This document shows, one piece after another, positions 38,479 through 53,842 of a DNA stretch of 64,000 nt (positions are counted from its first letter, which is position 1; each line of letters starts with the position of its first letter). The notes below the pieces were generated by a model. The model made no database searches. It worked only from the letters and a program-made list of their open reading frames with translations, and was not told where the DNA came from. The DNA comes from Bigelowiella natans CCMP2755 (taxonomy: Eukaryota; Protista; Cercozoa): the NCBI GenBank assembly GCA_000320545.1, contig ADNK01001985.1, positions 29,166-93,165 of the forward strand, in the 5' to 3' direction. The position numbers and the translations under genes are program-made.

Positions 38479-39741
38479 TCAAACTTGACAGCTGTAGCGC
38501 TTCAACTCATTGACGAGGAGGACTTTCAAAATAACGCGTAGTTTGTCGGAGATTCCGAGAGCCTGGCATCTTTGGGTGGTGAAAAACTGTAGCAATTTTC
38601 GCGTCTTCTCATGTGCAGAATAAGGAGAATTGGGAATTGCCGTACTGTCACATCCTCCTTTTATTATTTCTTCTTTCTCTTCAGCAAAGTACGTATTAGG
38701 CCTCCTTTTGCGCCAATTCTCGATACATTTGCGCAAACGATGTAGTCGTTTTTTCCGAAGGCCAAGCTTCTTCCCATATTCAGGGGTCAGTAAGCTCAGC
38801 ATCTCACTCACAGACGGCGCAGACATATTTGGCGGTGAAGAGCGATTATTTCCTACATTTCGATTGTATTTATACTCACTCCGATATGAAACATTTTCTC
38901 TCATTTCGTGCATTGAATTCGTGATTCATGGGCATTGTGCAGAAGGGCGTCAGACAACAACACACATACACACACACAAAGGGAGAAAGAGTGAGAGTGA
39001 GAGTGAGAGAGAGAGAGAGAGAGAGGGAACAGTGAGGCTGCTACCCTTGTTCGTTGAAGAAGAGGAAGAGGATTTACATTCACTAATAGGATCAGCTTCT
39101 TGCTGCTCTTTGCGCAATGGTCGTGAGGATTCTGCTTGACTGGCGAGAGTATAATTTTCAGTCCTCCTCGCATTTTCATTCCTCCTCTGCTTTTTTGTCT
39201 TCTGTCTTCCATAGTGCACTTCTGTTGGAGTCTGTTTTATGGGAGGGGGGGTACAGCAGGATGAGCGGGATGCCATCTGCCTACGAATCATCTGCCTGAT
39301 TCCTTCCGAGATTGCTTGTTGTGAAGCTGTTGTTACTCCGTTAGGCGATAAGACCTCTCTCTTCCCATTTGACCATCTACCCCGCCCCCCATTCCTCACT
39401 GTGGCTTGCTTATCTACTAGTCTTTTTGTTGTTGTTGTTGCGATAGCTCTTTGGAAAGGTGAAGAGGAAGAACAGGAAGAAACCCGTTCCCGTCGCATCC
39501 GCACAAAACGAGGGTCCACCTCCGCCTTCCACACTAAGACGTTCGCCGTTGGTGATAAAAATATTGATGATGATGATGATGATGATGATGGTGATGCATG
39601 TCTGGTTGCAGCACTCTCAGCTCTGACGATGGGTTGCTGACGCTCTGATGGTGTACGCGCGTGAATATATGGGTAAGAATAATATCAGATGATGATAACG
39701 ATGATGATGTTGTTGTTATTGTTGAATAGCCTAAAGTAATG

Positions 39742-39772
<31 letters not shown>

Positions 39773-39827
39773 ATACGCACACATACACACAGAGAAGGGC
39801 GCGGGTGTACTACTACAACGACAAGTG

Positions 39828-39860
<33 letters not shown>

Positions 39861-40278
39861 TCATCACTACCACTACTACACTGCTGCATAGAAGTAGTAG
39901 TATCATCACTACTACTACACGGCTGCATAGACTACCCACAACCTACCCCTTCACAACTACTTACACACCTTTATACTCGACAATAATTGTATTCGCACTT
40001 GTAGTAGCATCCCCAGAAGCTCGCACTGCTGCAGCATTAAAGATTATGGGTTTCCGTATGATGGTGGCAGCCTTCCATCCATATTGCTTTCGGTTTCGCA
40101 CCCATAACGCCTCGACTGCCTCCCCACATCTTGCCCATGGCGCTGATGTATCCTCTAGTTAAAAGTAAGGGAAAAGTTAGAACAGGGGGGCATTGGGATG
40201 GACCAAGCACAAGATGAAAAACTATTTTGGTGATTGTGGTTATTACGATTATGACTATGACCTTGATTATGATTATGC

Positions 40279-40312
<34 letters not shown>

Positions 40313-42724
40313 GCAGCAACCTTCTACTCCACTGCCTCGATTGTAGTAGCGAAATGTGATGCTAAATCTGAGAATTACAACGGCAGAATACGGTGCGGTG
40401 TCACTGATTGTCGATACCATACAGGTAGCATTTTCGCTCCGTCTTAGCACCATGATCCTCAACAAACACATGGTCATTAGCGTCATCATCGCCATCGCTC
40501 GCATCACAATCACGCCGTTAACATGATCAAGACGGGGCTGCTTCTCCTACCTCTCGCCCCCAGGCGGACAGAGGGAGATTTGGTGCTTGGCTTTGAAACG
40601 ACTAGCGAAGCTGAGAACGTACCCCATTCCTTTCGTAAGGGTATATCTAAAACCAGTGCAATATTTATCATCAAGCAACAAGCAATCCAAACGGCCACCT
40701 CAAACCGTCACGCACGCACACGCCTACGCACACACACAAACATTACACATATACACCCAGCGACCAACAAATATCCACAAAGAATGTTGATAAACGAATG
40801 AACATGTAATTATCTACGATGCATTGAGCAATAAATCATCGAAGAAATCATCGTATTTTTAACCTGAAGGTGTCCGTAGGCATATGCGCTCTGTTTCCTT
40901 TAGTTCCACGATATAATAACGATGTTTAGATAATAAATGCAATTGTTCGAAGAGTTATAGGTTGATGCAGATGTGGCATTATCTTCTGAAAACATGGAAC
41001 GCAGCATGCGTAGGAGTTATTAAGTATTCTAACGCCCTAATCGTCTGCAATGCGACAGCAAATATTTATTACTTTGCAACTACAGCAGCACTGACTACAA
41101 TCGTCGTCGTCGCCATCATCATTATCGTCGTCATCATCATCATTGTAATCATACCACTTCTTTACCGGTGAGTTCTACGATGGCGTCTGGTGCTGTCAAC
41201 TGAACAGTTACAATGATCTCGCCATACCGAATATGGTCCATATGCTGTACGAATGATATGTACGTCAGTCAATCGAATCGATCGATAGCTAAGTAGGAGC
41301 AGCAGGAGTAGTAGTAGTAGTAGTAATAGTAGTAGTAGAAATAGTAGTAGTAGAAATAGTAGTAAAGGTAGTAGTTACTGTAGTACCTTCGTTTATTATT
41401 GTTACAATTATTTTCTGTTAATGATTCATACGCTGCTACTACTTTCCGTATCGATCCCTTGCATCGTGTTAGCTGCGCAAATCCTAGGACGTGATGAGAT
41501 ATCATTTCTTTCCCTAGAAAGGGCCGTATCTCTGCTTCAAGCTCTGATATCACCTATATAGCAGCGGAAGATGACGGCGATGCAAACTAAATTATGAGGA
41601 TGATGATGATGATGATGATCATATTGTGATTGTGAGATTATTGCATCTATCATTGGTGACTATCTACAGCTACTGCTGCTGCTGCTGCTGCTGCTACTAC
41701 TACAACTACATTATTCACTGTACCTTTGGCATCAATTTGAAGGAGTTGAACATACTGCCACGGTCAGTGCTTAGATAAGCCATGCGCCGTCGAATGTACT
41801 TCTCATCGTTGGGGGAGAGGTCCTGCGAAAGAGAGACATTATAAATAAAATGACGACGAACTCGTTTGATTTCTGAAAGCCTCTCTGCCAATGTTAACTG
41901 ATTTGTATGCGTACTCTAGGTCGCCAAGACATCTGATTTTCAGGAACAAACGCGACGAATTTAGCATGGAAAAACATACCAGATCAAAGTTTAGACATTT
42001 TGAAATACGAGATGATGGATGAATAGCACTTCATCACCTGGCCATCATCATCACAACTTATACAACCAACTTCTTCTTCACAGTCGACAGACACGATCAT
42101 ATGGTGCTCCTTACTGACCTGTTTGTTGGTTCCCTGCCAAGAATGCCACATCCAGAAGTCCTCGTGAGAGGATCTCGTGCTCCTTTTGCAATTTATCTCC
42201 GGGTGAGAGGCATCACACCCCACACCACACCACACATATGATGCGCGTGTGTACGCGTAAGATTGATCATGGTCGATGTCTTTACCTTTCCCTCCCAATT
42301 GATAATGCTTCCATGTCCCAGATGTACGCCATCACGCGCTCCACCGACGCATGGGGTACGACGAAACGATAGAACCCCTCCTTCCAACATTATCAAGCAA
42401 GCGCAGTCATCATCTAGTTTCGTGTGCATTGAGAAAGATTCCCACGGACACCCTTCAAGGTTGGTCCTTGTGATTTTTAAGGAAAAAACGAAGCGAAAAG
42501 GGACAAGAAAGCCGGGAGGAGATGTCACATTCGAATTCATTGGGAGCTACCGTAGCCTCCTCCACAACTCCGACCTCCCTTCGCATTCGCTTGATCTTTC
42601 GCCGACCAAACGCACGGCTGATCTCCTCGTCCGAATTCATAATACTTCTCTAAACAGATACGGACAGCGCCCTTATGCCTCGAGACTACCCCTCTTCCTT
42701 CCTCTGGCTTGTTTTCTTCATCAT
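38479..42724 (-). CDS. AlkB-family 2OG-Fe(II) dioxygenase with a long C-terminal extension
   Basis: Spliced core GSIRK-HMDHIRYGEIIVTVQL (HxD), YTLTKGMGYVLSFASRFKAKHQI (distal His) and GGERFSITFRYY (RxSxTFR). 5' exons and start are uncertain. Confidence 0.75.
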
Positions 42725-43033
42725 CTTCTTCTTCGGTGTTAAGGCGGAAGGACAAGTTCGGCTCGCTAGCTCGAATTTTACGATTCACTCAGCGCTTTTT
42801 TAATTATCTACATTCTTTAATTTGATGTTGTTTGTGTTTTCTGTCGAGAGTCTATTTATCGTCGGCATATCGACTGTGATATCCGGTCGGGTCGATGCTT
42901 CCGGCAGATGCAAGTCCTTGGACCCATGCCGCCATAAATTACGGCATCTTTTTACCCTTGAAACATCCTGGAAGAGACTTCTCTGACTAAATTAAATATT
43001 AGAAATAGTTATATCGGCCATATATGCTATTCA

Positions 43034-45332
43034 ATGAAAAATGATGTGAGTAAAATTGGCGATACTGTTATTCCATTTGCACTTCCGATGGAGGCCCCGC
43101 CGCCTCCCCCTTCGAAGCGCCCGCGAGTGCGCGCAAAACCTCCGCCGTCCCCAGGGAATAATAGAAGGAAGAAGAAGCGCCAACGCGCTCCTCAGCCGCA
43201 GATTAGAAGGAAAAAGCATGAAGCATCGTCTTCCTCCACACTCGCTCTCTCGCCAGTTGAGGTCATAAAAAGGCTATTCCACCTTCTCCCTACCCTTACT
43301 TTCTACACTATAGGTCGGAAAGGTCGTGGACGACGACTGCGATTTCCCACATGCGGTCGGTGTGCAGCAACGCTGCCTAGCGGAAATGATGATTGTGTAG
43401 CATCACCGACGACGTTGATGATAGATTAATCATTGAGTATTTAGTTGCTGCCTATGCTATAGGTTCAGTGGTCGGATGACAACTGCGTGTGTTTCATGTC
43501 CAACACACGTCTTTCAATCGTGGATGTGTCATGCCTCAGGTGCAGCTGCTGCTTGTCATTTGTTCGCTTGCGGTAGTTTGTTGCTGCTGCGTTCTTGGTG
43601 TCGTCTATTGAAGCAGCTTTATCACCTCCTCATATAAATACTATTATCATTTCATTCTTCATCGTAAACCTCCTCGTTTTCCTCTTGTTATGATGCCTGT
43701 TCTACACACTGCTGCCAACCTTTTTAGAGCCCGGATGCGCGAGGACGCTCATTGCATTTACGACATGTCTCATATTCCTAGCCAGCACAGCAAGATCACC
43801 TTCGCTTCGAGTGAGAATATAGTACCAGAATCCCCCATCTCGTGCATGATGAAAATAGAGTCGAAGCTTTCGTATTTTCAAACAGAATTTTGAATTACAG
43901 TCAAGAATCGATGCCCTTTAACAGGCGGGATGGGCGCTATGGATCCAAGCTTATTCATCCTGAAAGATGTTGACGATGCAGCTGCTAAAGAGCTTCCTTC
44001 TTTCCGCATGTACTCCCCCCCCCCCCCCCCCTTCCCTCTATCGATTGACACATGCATGCCCACATCCTCATCGCGGGATCGTCGATAGTGATATGATGTG
44101 TTCTATAGTAAATAAAAGGGATAATCCATTCCATACAATTAAAGGTGCAAATGGTCCCCGATGATGCCTCGAAGGACGTGTGAAGGCGCTCGCTCTTCTT
44201 CTTCTCCTTCTTGTCCTTCTTCTTCTTGCCTCCTCGCCGCAGTAACGACAGATGGGAACGCCTACATCTACAAACCGAGAGGTCAACACCTATCCGCCCC
44301 CAAGCCCTTACCTAACAATTCGAACTTGATTCTTTTCAGTGAAAGGGGGAGCACGTAAGATGAAGGCGTCCGTCGTCGTGAGTAGCTTGCAAGAGCAGCT
44401 AATACACTTTCTCGCGAAAAATGATGGAGTTGTTGAGTCAATATTTCTCTCAAAACGGGCCTTACCTGGCGGAGGAAGGGAACAGTCAGCGACAGCATCA
44501 ATGCACCTACAAACAGTAATTGGGAAGGGGGGGGGGAGGGAGCTAATGAGAGAAATGATAAAGAAAAGAAAAGTTAGAAGATGGTGAAGATATAACTGAG
44601 ACGCCCTCTTCGAGTGCCATCTTTATCCAATCATTGTTTTCTGTCATTTTCTTTTCTCTCTAAAACTTCTTCCCTTCCCCTTCTCTCCTCCCCCCCCCTT
44701 TCCACCATACTCTCTGCGGCTCTCTTCTGTTGATAGATCGCAGAAAAGCTGTTATCTTGCCACGGCGAAAGCCAATCTGCACTAATCTCATCATATCGAT
44801 TGGATGATGAGATTAACGCGCATATACAGGTGTTTCGAGATCATGCCTACTCTGCTATATTGTTTTCTTATAATCCTCTTCATTTGTTCTCTTTTTCTTC
44901 CTTACTACTATTACTACTACTACTACTCCGTTGCTGTTGCCTTTGCCCCTCATTTAATAGATTCTTTGCGTCTCGTGGTGCCAAACTCCATACGCTGCTG
45001 CCTCGCCACTGTCCTCTTCTTCTTCTTCTTCTTCTTCTTCGTCGTCGTCGTCATCGTCGTCTCCCTCACCGCATCACCCTGAGTTCTTTATTGCGGCTGC
45101 CACACGTGCTGGATCCCTGGCGCTATTCCCAGTTAGTGTTGGCACAGTATCGACGACTTCCAATCGAGATCAAGAGACAAATGGCGGGAGAGGCATGATG
45201 CATGAAGCGCATGATCATCATGTCGGCCATCCAATCTGGTGAGAATACAGAACGACTATACCTACTACAATAACTACTAATTTCTACTTACAATACTATC
45301 ATCGTCATCGCCAAATGCTTAAATGTTACTTC

Positions 45333-45367
<35 letters not shown>

Positions 45368-46540
45368 GGTGTGGCAAAAGGCTGGATAGGGTAGTAGCAA
45401 TGGCGAAAAGGACGAGCAAAACGCGCGCCGAGGAGCTTATAACCGACATCAAGTTCTTTAAAGTTAGATCGTCGTCAGTAGTGCCACCTTCTCCAGCTAC
45501 ATCTCCAGACGGAAAAAGCAGCAGCAGCAGCCTCCTCGTGAATCTCCTAGCCGTATCGACATCTTTGGGCAATCTCCACGTATTCCATCTCCTCTTCTGT
45601 GATGATGCGAAAAACACAGAAGATGCACAACAACAAGAAGGGGGAGGAGGAGGAGGAGGCGACAACCCACCAGTCTCAGGGAATTGGAAAGTGCTGCGGT
45701 TATGTAGCTATCAACACTCGCGCACAGCTCCTATCACCGGGATGGCGTTCAAAGCTACTGTTTGTATTGGCAGTGGAGCTCGGAATGAAGACAGAAAGGC
45801 GACGACGGGGGGGGGGGGGGATGGTAGTAGCGATGATAGTGGCAGCGATGATGATCAGGCGATTCTGCTCGCAGCGGCTTGTGGACCTGACATCCTTGTG
45901 CTACGATTGCAACTACTGCAGTCATCACCACCATCATCAACGTTATCGATGAGCATGACGACAGAATGCTACCACCGTGCTCACGAGGAGCGAATAACAG
46001 GTGTTAATTGGCTGCTGGGAGGAGGCATTTCCAGCAGCAGCACAACTACCACCTCATATAACGACAACAGTCGTTTGCACTGTCCTTCGCATCTGCTGCT
46101 GCTAACTTGTGGAAATGATGGAAGAATTTTAAAGTGGTGTTATCGACGTCGTACTAGTGACAACATGGATGGGAGCTGCCAACAGGGCACATCGTCGTCA
46201 TCGTCTTCATCATCATTATCATCATCATCCATTGCTCGTGGTGGCGGCAGAAGAGATGGGGATGAAGGCAATCACGTCTTCGAAATCACCCCCTTCAATA
46301 CAAGTAACAGCCCTGCTCCAAGCAGGAGTGACATATCATCATCACCACCACCACCATCGTCGTCGTCGTCGTCATCGTGCTCCCATAAGGCTGATCAGAT
46401 TGCTAAGATGTACCTCGATCAATACGTCGACTCCAGAGGCTTCAACGCAGTGAATATCACCAATGCGAGGAGGATGGAAGGAAGGATGGCTCCGTTGCTG
46501 GTACCGTACAGGTATGAGTAATAGTAGTTATAGAATAGTT

Positions 46541-46571
<31 letters not shown>

Positions 46572-46868
46572 TAGATTGTACCTGGCAGTTTGAATGCCTA
46601 TTTTGTACCTCGTTTCGACATATACATAACCGTACGTGCATATATGAATGGATCAGCGGAATCGGCGTATCACGAGACGGCCTACTCGCAGCAGTCGTGC
46701 ATCAGTCCCCTGTGCAGTTTGAGGTAGGTGCCATCGTTTGACTCACTACCGCTTGTGTAGACAATCATCCTCGCTGGTTGATCTATTATTTGTGCGAAGA
46801 GTGGGGCTGATGCTACAAAGACTCACTTGTGCACCCAGGAGCGCGGCCATTTTGTTATTGCGGGGATA

Positions 46869-46902
<34 letters not shown>

Positions 46903-48308
46903 GCGTATTTTCCATCATCCTTTTCTTCGTCATCGTCATCATCAACATTATTTCCTTCACTATCCCAGGTCAAGGGGACAACAGAACGACCGAATCGCCG
47001 CCTTGAGCTGCTCATATATCCCCTCCTCCTCGGCGGTCTGGATGACTCCCGCATCGTCCGCACCATAGGAGCATCGTCGTTTTCTTCTCCAAATAATAGC
47101 ACCGAGCAGAAGCTTAAGGCTAGTATAGGCTTCACGACGAACCTTGGCATTTGCCTCGAGACTCAACGCTTTCGAGATCGGCGAAGAGGGTGGAAGGGAA
47201 AAGAAGATGGAGCTGGCAGTGAGCAGCAGCTTGCACCCAATAGCCAAGCGAAGATACCACGTTCATCATCATCATCGTCGTCGTCGTCGTCGTTTCTATT
47301 ATCCCCATCGCCTAGTGCTCGCAACAGAAAAGACACGAAGTTGCTGGTTGACCTTGCTCTTCGATGCTGCAATTCGGCATTTGCATGGGCAGAAGGGGCA
47401 CTGAGAGAGGCGAAATTGGTCATCTCCAATACTGATGATAGCTGCTGCCAAAACCTCCTTGATTCTATGCTGAAAGAGCACCTGCTTGTGCAAGATAATA
47501 AGACAGTTACAGCATTACTAGATGCGTTTTCAACGTCGCGGCGGGAAAATGGTCTTGCTGCGTGCGTGTTCCTGCGCACGGCTCTTAAGGGCTCCTCTGC
47601 TGCGGCCTCACAACCACCTCCTCCTCCTCCTCCTCCTCCTCTTCCAAAGTTGAAGGAGGTACCACATCAAATAATTGCGAAAACACTCGCCTAGATCCTC
47701 TGCTGTTCATTGCTGCCTTTGTAACGATCGTGATCTAATCGAACAGACAAAATCTTCGCTTCTCGAGGGAGGACAGCAGATAGAGGAATGGGTAGGGGGG
47801 GGTGGGAGGGATAATTCTGAAAGTAATCTTCCAGCATCTCCGATTTTGATTATTTGAAGAGAAGGCAACAACAATGTAATTAGTTATTCTACCAATTGCT
47901 GCTTGTTAAATAGGGCGCGAACGACGACGAGAATTCTAAGACTAAGCATCCTTCTGCACACACGGCAAGGCTTGATTGTAAATCATCGCCTCTATCTCCA
48001 ATACGGGAAAAGGCTGCCGCGACACTACACTTCTTATACAGCCAATTTGCGAGTGAGCACGGACTTCGTGTCCTGGTGAACGTGATCGACATGTTTGAAA
48101 ACAAAAGCGAAGTAGAGACTGATAGGTGTAGGAGCCGCCTAATTGCTGAGGAGATTGGAAGCTCTGTGGCCCTCATCGCAGCTTTTGCTTGCACAGAGTA
48201 TGAATTGCTGGATTTTGTTGTTTTGTGTTGTTGTCGTCGTACGTGTTCATGTAGAATTTTGCTATCTCATCATGTGATTGTGTAGGTATATGCTTTTCTC
48301 CTCTCTTT

Positions 48309-48383
<75 letters not shown>

Positions 48384-49349
48384 AGGTACTTACGGAGATT
48401 CGCACCCTTTCCACTTGAAATCGGGGAAAGCACTTCTGTGCAACAGCAGCAGCAGCAGCAGCTCCATAATAACGATGATTCACAACTATGTTACCCCTGC
48501 TTGTCGTCAGTGGACCGAGCTGCAAGGGAGGAAAACAAGGCAGAAGAAGAAGAACAACAACAGCAACAACAACAACAACCGCGTCGAAAAGCTCGTGTTT
48601 TATCACGGTACTAAGCAGAAACTTTATTATAGATACTTGTGCAATATTGTGTGAACCCGCGGCGTCTCATGGATCATTTCGTCATAAAACGCAGCTGTGA
48701 GACACTCCTCCAGCTTCGCGTGAATGCCCAATTGGTTACTTCATTTTCATATCTACCATCCCTTGCAGCGTGCTTCGACTGGCATTACTTCTCCTCTCAC
48801 GGCGCACGTGTGCAGCTCTCGGAATGCACAAATGGACAAGCATTATCGATAGGATCCTAGCGGCAACGAAGAAGGCCTCCTCTCCCGGTATCATAACTTT
48901 TGCCGTTTGGATGTGATGTTTAATGACTATAACGCTGCTTTCGATGCCCTCTTATTCTCTTCTTCTCCTTGTTCATCGCAACGACAGCAGATCAGCAACG
49001 AGTGGCAGCAAAGGAGCTCCACAGAGCATTGCTTGATGTTCTCCCAAGAGAAGAGTGCCCGATATGCGCGGCGGCAGTTGTCTTTTCGAATCCTTTTGAG
49101 GAATTTTGCGCAAAAGGCCACAGACTGCAACGTTGCAGGGTATCGTGGAAATTGGGCCCAGTACTTCGTAGACTCCACTGCGAATCTTGTCGCGGCACTA
49201 TCCTACCCTCCTGTGTGCAAAGTAAGGCCTGGGAAGCGCTGCAACATGATATTCCGAAGAGGAGGTTTCTTGATTATAACCAGCACCAGCAGCCGTCGTT
49301 AGCAGAAGTTTGTCCCTTGTGCCGGTGTATGGCTCATCCTCTGATGTGA
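43034..49349 (+). CDS. GTF3C4: TFIIIC subunit 4 (TFIIIC90/delta)-like: WD40 propeller plus C-terminal zinc finger
   Basis: QWSDDNCVCF, CLLAAVTTDGNAYIY, AHEERITGVNW, LLTCGNDGRILKW and GIGVSRDGLLAAV. C-terminal EECPICAAAV...FCAKGHRLQRC...HCESC...VCPLC. Start is 43034 or 43088. Confidence 0.75.
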
Positions 49350-49419
49350 ATAAAACCATTTTATGTAATTGTGATAATAATATATACTACCCGCCGCGAA
49401 AATGTATTTGTATTGTGCA

Positions 49420-49760
49420 AAACGGATGTAATGAAGTGATCAAATATGTTCAATGGTCATCATAACGTAGCTAGCTATCTAGCAATGCATGGCAGCGGCT
49501 ATAGCCCTCATGATATGTAGATTTATTTGTTTCTGCAATTTTGTGTTTCATGCATTTATAAGCATCCATTCTTGACGTCGATGCTATGCGGAAGGTCCAT
49601 TTGACACTCATGGAGCCATGTTAGCATGAACCACCTAGCTAGTCGATTTGGTCTTAGTCCCAGCGGAGTTGCGCGCTGCATATAGTCGCATCACATCTGT
49701 GCATGCAGCTTTCATTTTTGCACACACATCTAGATGTATGCTAGCATGCTTGCGCCATCG
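49420..49760. repeat. CTAG/GCATG-rich degenerate tract in a convergent spacer
   Basis: Begins with a 40-bp segment similar to 1617-1656. Confidence 0.5.
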
Positions 49761-49897
49761 CTTGTTGTGCATTCTGTGAGTGTTCGTTCCCCGCCACTGC
49801 GATGAAATGCACCGCCCAGCAAATTTATTAGAAGCTGCTTCTCAACATACCGCATATAATGCATGCACAACAGCATTCTACCATAATCGTCCCGTCA

Positions 49898-51994
49898 TCA
49901 CTTTTTTGAATTGTTCTCTTGGCTAGGTTTGATTGGCTGTGCTGCTCCAGTCTTGCCTGCAATGGTAGCAATTGATTTTCGATGGGGCTGCATCCTCCTC
50001 GCCTCTTGCGTATCATCTGTAATAATAACGGACAAAACGGGTGACAATCGATCAGCCTGCCGACCAGATGGTTCGTGAGCAATGTATATGATGATGCTGC
50101 GTGATATCCGGGGAAAAATAGCTGATAATATTGCTCCCCCCATCCCCCCCCCTTGTGCACTTACATGTTCTTGATCTCTCCCGTACAGCAGGAAGGGACT
50201 TTCCATCTTCGCTGAGTGAGTCTTTTCCTTGTAGGGGCAGGACATACGACCACGGGCATGATCAAAATCAGGTTGAGCACAAACGGAGGCATGAACTGCC
50301 CACACAGAGAAATTAAAGGACGCGGAAAGCAGAAGACAAAGATTGCACCGAAGAAGGAGCATTACTAGTACCATACCTCCCGGAAGATGGATGGAGGAGC
50401 GCGAAGGCATTTCTCGAGAACCAAGTGATTGCGTGCGCCTGAATCAGAATGGATTTGATGTATTATTCTTCGATATTATTACTCACCAGTCAGTGAGTAC
50501 ACATGCGCGCCATCCTTGCACCTTCTGAGTTGTGTGACGTCCACACGCAGCGATGTTTCGACTTTCTCCAGTTTTCGCACGCGAGCCCTTTTCCAACACA
50601 GAGCAGCGATGATCGGTTTAATGACGAATAAGCACACCCGGTCAGCATGCATGGTCAGGGAAGAAGAAAGCAGATGAAAATTACGTGCAATATTTCATTC
50701 GTAACATTTAATTATGAGCATCAAAACGTGGTTGTTGTGCCGACTTGAGCTTATCGTTTTGGATCTCTATCTTCTGCCGTGCAAGGCTAGCCTGCAAGGG
50801 AGGGGAGAAGTAGCAACATAACCATTTTAAAATGAAGTTCAGGTAAGAGGAGAACAATCGAACATTGGGGATGAAATGGTTTGTGCATCTGGCGTATCAC
50901 CGAATCACCAATCAGTTGGAAAGTTGAAGGATAACAAGAGGTAGGATGTCGTTCAGGTTTGGCTGCACGCTACTACAAGAAACTTTACTTTATGCAACGC
51001 TTCTTGCAAATGCATCTCCTTCGAATGCCTTCTTGCCGGTTTTTTCTGGTCAGACCCAAACAAATATTTAATATGTATACACACACACACACACACACAT
51101 ACACACGCAGTGGCAATATTGAATGTTAGTTTTTTAGGCTGTGTGTGCGATATTATTGCGCGCACCTTCTGTGCGTTCAGCTTTCCCGTAAGCTTAGCTA
51201 CTTTCGTGAGCAGGATCTTCACAATTCAAACACAAAAGTCGGTGTACACTCAAGACGAAGAACAACTGTCATATCTCAATCTCAATTCACCACTGCTACT
51301 TCCAGATATTGCTGCTGCTATTATCATGTTAATCGTCAGTCACCTCTGCATGCTTTTTAGCACTGACGCATTCCTGGAAAAAATGATGATGCGTAGTAGG
51401 AAAAGGTGATGATGATGACAATGACAACTGCTACCGCGATCGATCACAACCTCAAGAATAATAAGTTTCAGGCTTATTATCTCAAATACTATGGCGTGAT
51501 GTCGTGTGTCCACCCCCCTCCCTCACCTTGCGCGCAGCTTTGGCTTCAGCTTCCAGAGCTGCATACTTTTTCTCCATATCTTCCAGCTAGGATAGAATCA
51601 GGGTACACAACAACAACAGGATGATGATAAGTCGCGGTCTTGTTGGCAGCAGCAGTGCTAAATAATAATGGTTTTGCTACTGAAAAGGCTGATCAGACTT
51701 TGAAGGTCTGTGGCGGAGCTCACGAAGCTCACGAGGATTTACAGATCTTCTGCCTTCATTCTCTCTCTCTCTCTCTCTCTTTCTCTCCCTGTCTCTCACA
51801 CACGCACACACACACATTTCTCTACTTTCTCTCGCCGTCTTCTTCTCATTTGACACTGGCTCGGTTAGGCACGATCTCCCACCATTCATCATTACCTTTT
51901 TGGTTGCACCGGCTTCTTCCCGGAGTTTTGCGCATTTTGCAGAGAGCTTGGCGTTCTTTCGGCAAAAGAAAAAATCGATTCCATCACGCCCAAG

Positions 51995-52026
<32 letters not shown>

Positions 52027-52728
52027 CTTCAAGCCCACCCCCCCCCCCCCCCCCCCCCTCTCTCTCTCGTTATAGGTCTTTCTCTGCGCACAGACCCACA
52101 CCTTGCAGTACAAGAGATAAAGATCTACTCAATAGTAACCGTCTGTAGATTCAGGAGGGGGCTGCTACTACTACAACTACTACTACTACTACCTTCGATT
52201 CAAATGCCAGGATTGCATCCTTGTTCTGCTTTGCTTCATCGTTGAATTGCTTTTTCATTTCTTCCATCTTGAGCACAGCTTTTGCCTCCTAAATCGGTGG
52301 CAAATGCGAGTCAATACTCAGCTAACTTACGCATACTATTGCCAAATTAGCAAATTATAGAGGATTGCTCCTTGGATAATGGCCTTGTTTCCTATAGCAT
52401 ATTCTTGCTGCGACCCAACACCCCACCCCACCCCACCCCACCCCATTTGCATTCTATCTCTAAAACCTCCGCCCCCACTCCTCATTCTGATAACAGCACA
52501 GACAGACTGTGGAAATATGAGAATCAATATTCTTTGCCGTGTAGACTGACGTTATCCTGTGTTTCATGCTGTAGGCGACGATATTTGTCCTCCATTGCCT
52601 CCTTTTCAGCCGAGAAGCGAGCCTCCAACGCACGTAACGCCTCCTGCACGTCATCGCTTTCCTACACATGAGTCGATCAAATCTTGTTGTATTTCGAGAA
52701 TGTGCTGGTGCTGCTGTGAGTTGGGGAG

Positions 52729-52776
<48 letters not shown>

Positions 52777-53681
52777 TACCTTTTGCTTGCTTGCATTTGA
52801 GGCGGCACGTAGTTTTCTCTCTTCTTCCAGCTGAGCAAGATCGTTCACATATAATTGATAACACACCGAATTGACCCACACCGCCAACACTATTACAACT
52901 ACATTCACAAGGAAAAATAAAAAAACCAGTACCTTTTTTGTAAGGCTCTCAAGCTTCTGGTCCATCTGTACACGCTCAGCAGCGGCGTCGCTCTTTAACT
53001 TGTCCGCCTCTCCCTGCGCCCTTTTGATCTGCGGAATAGACCAGAGCAGTAAACGGCAAAATAATGATAGTGGTAATAATACTAATAATAATGCTAATAA
53101 TAATGCTAATAATAACAATAACAATAACAATAGCCCCTTGAAAGGGGCGATACACATTGCAAACAACAGAAGGGTAGCCAGTAGTGGCAAACTATCTTTC
53201 TACTCGCAACCAAAAGGTTTGGATGTCTATCATCAACATGAAGCACTGTCCTTCATACCCGCTCTTCCAGATCGGCACACCGTTGGTGACACTTTGCCAT
53301 TACATCATTCAGCTTTGTCTTAAGGGCTAGCCGCTTACCCTCTTCCTCTCGCAGCTGCTGCTCGTGATGGCAACACACGCATTCACACACACACACACAA
53401 ACACACATATCCTTATCGCATATTTACCCTATAAAGGGACGAATATAAGGAGTTTGTGGATGAAACCATGCAAAGACTATTACTACCTGCTCTCGACTGG
53501 AATTCCATACTTGCTTCTGCCGGATGGCATTATCAGCAGCCTCTTGGAGCTTCGATTCAAGCTCATCTATTGCGCACCATTTCCACGATTAAACGAGGAG
53601 GGAACAGAAGGATAACGAGACAAGATAAAGAAATATAACAAAAGAATTAAGTTTATCTCCACTTTATCATACAGCATATAA

Positions 53682-53720
<39 letters not shown>

Positions 53721-53795
53721 CACAGACCGATTCTAGCTTTCCTTTCAGCGATCTGCAATGCCCACACAATATCAAAATTTTATGCGTTAGTGTGC

Positions 53796-53842
<47 letters not shown>

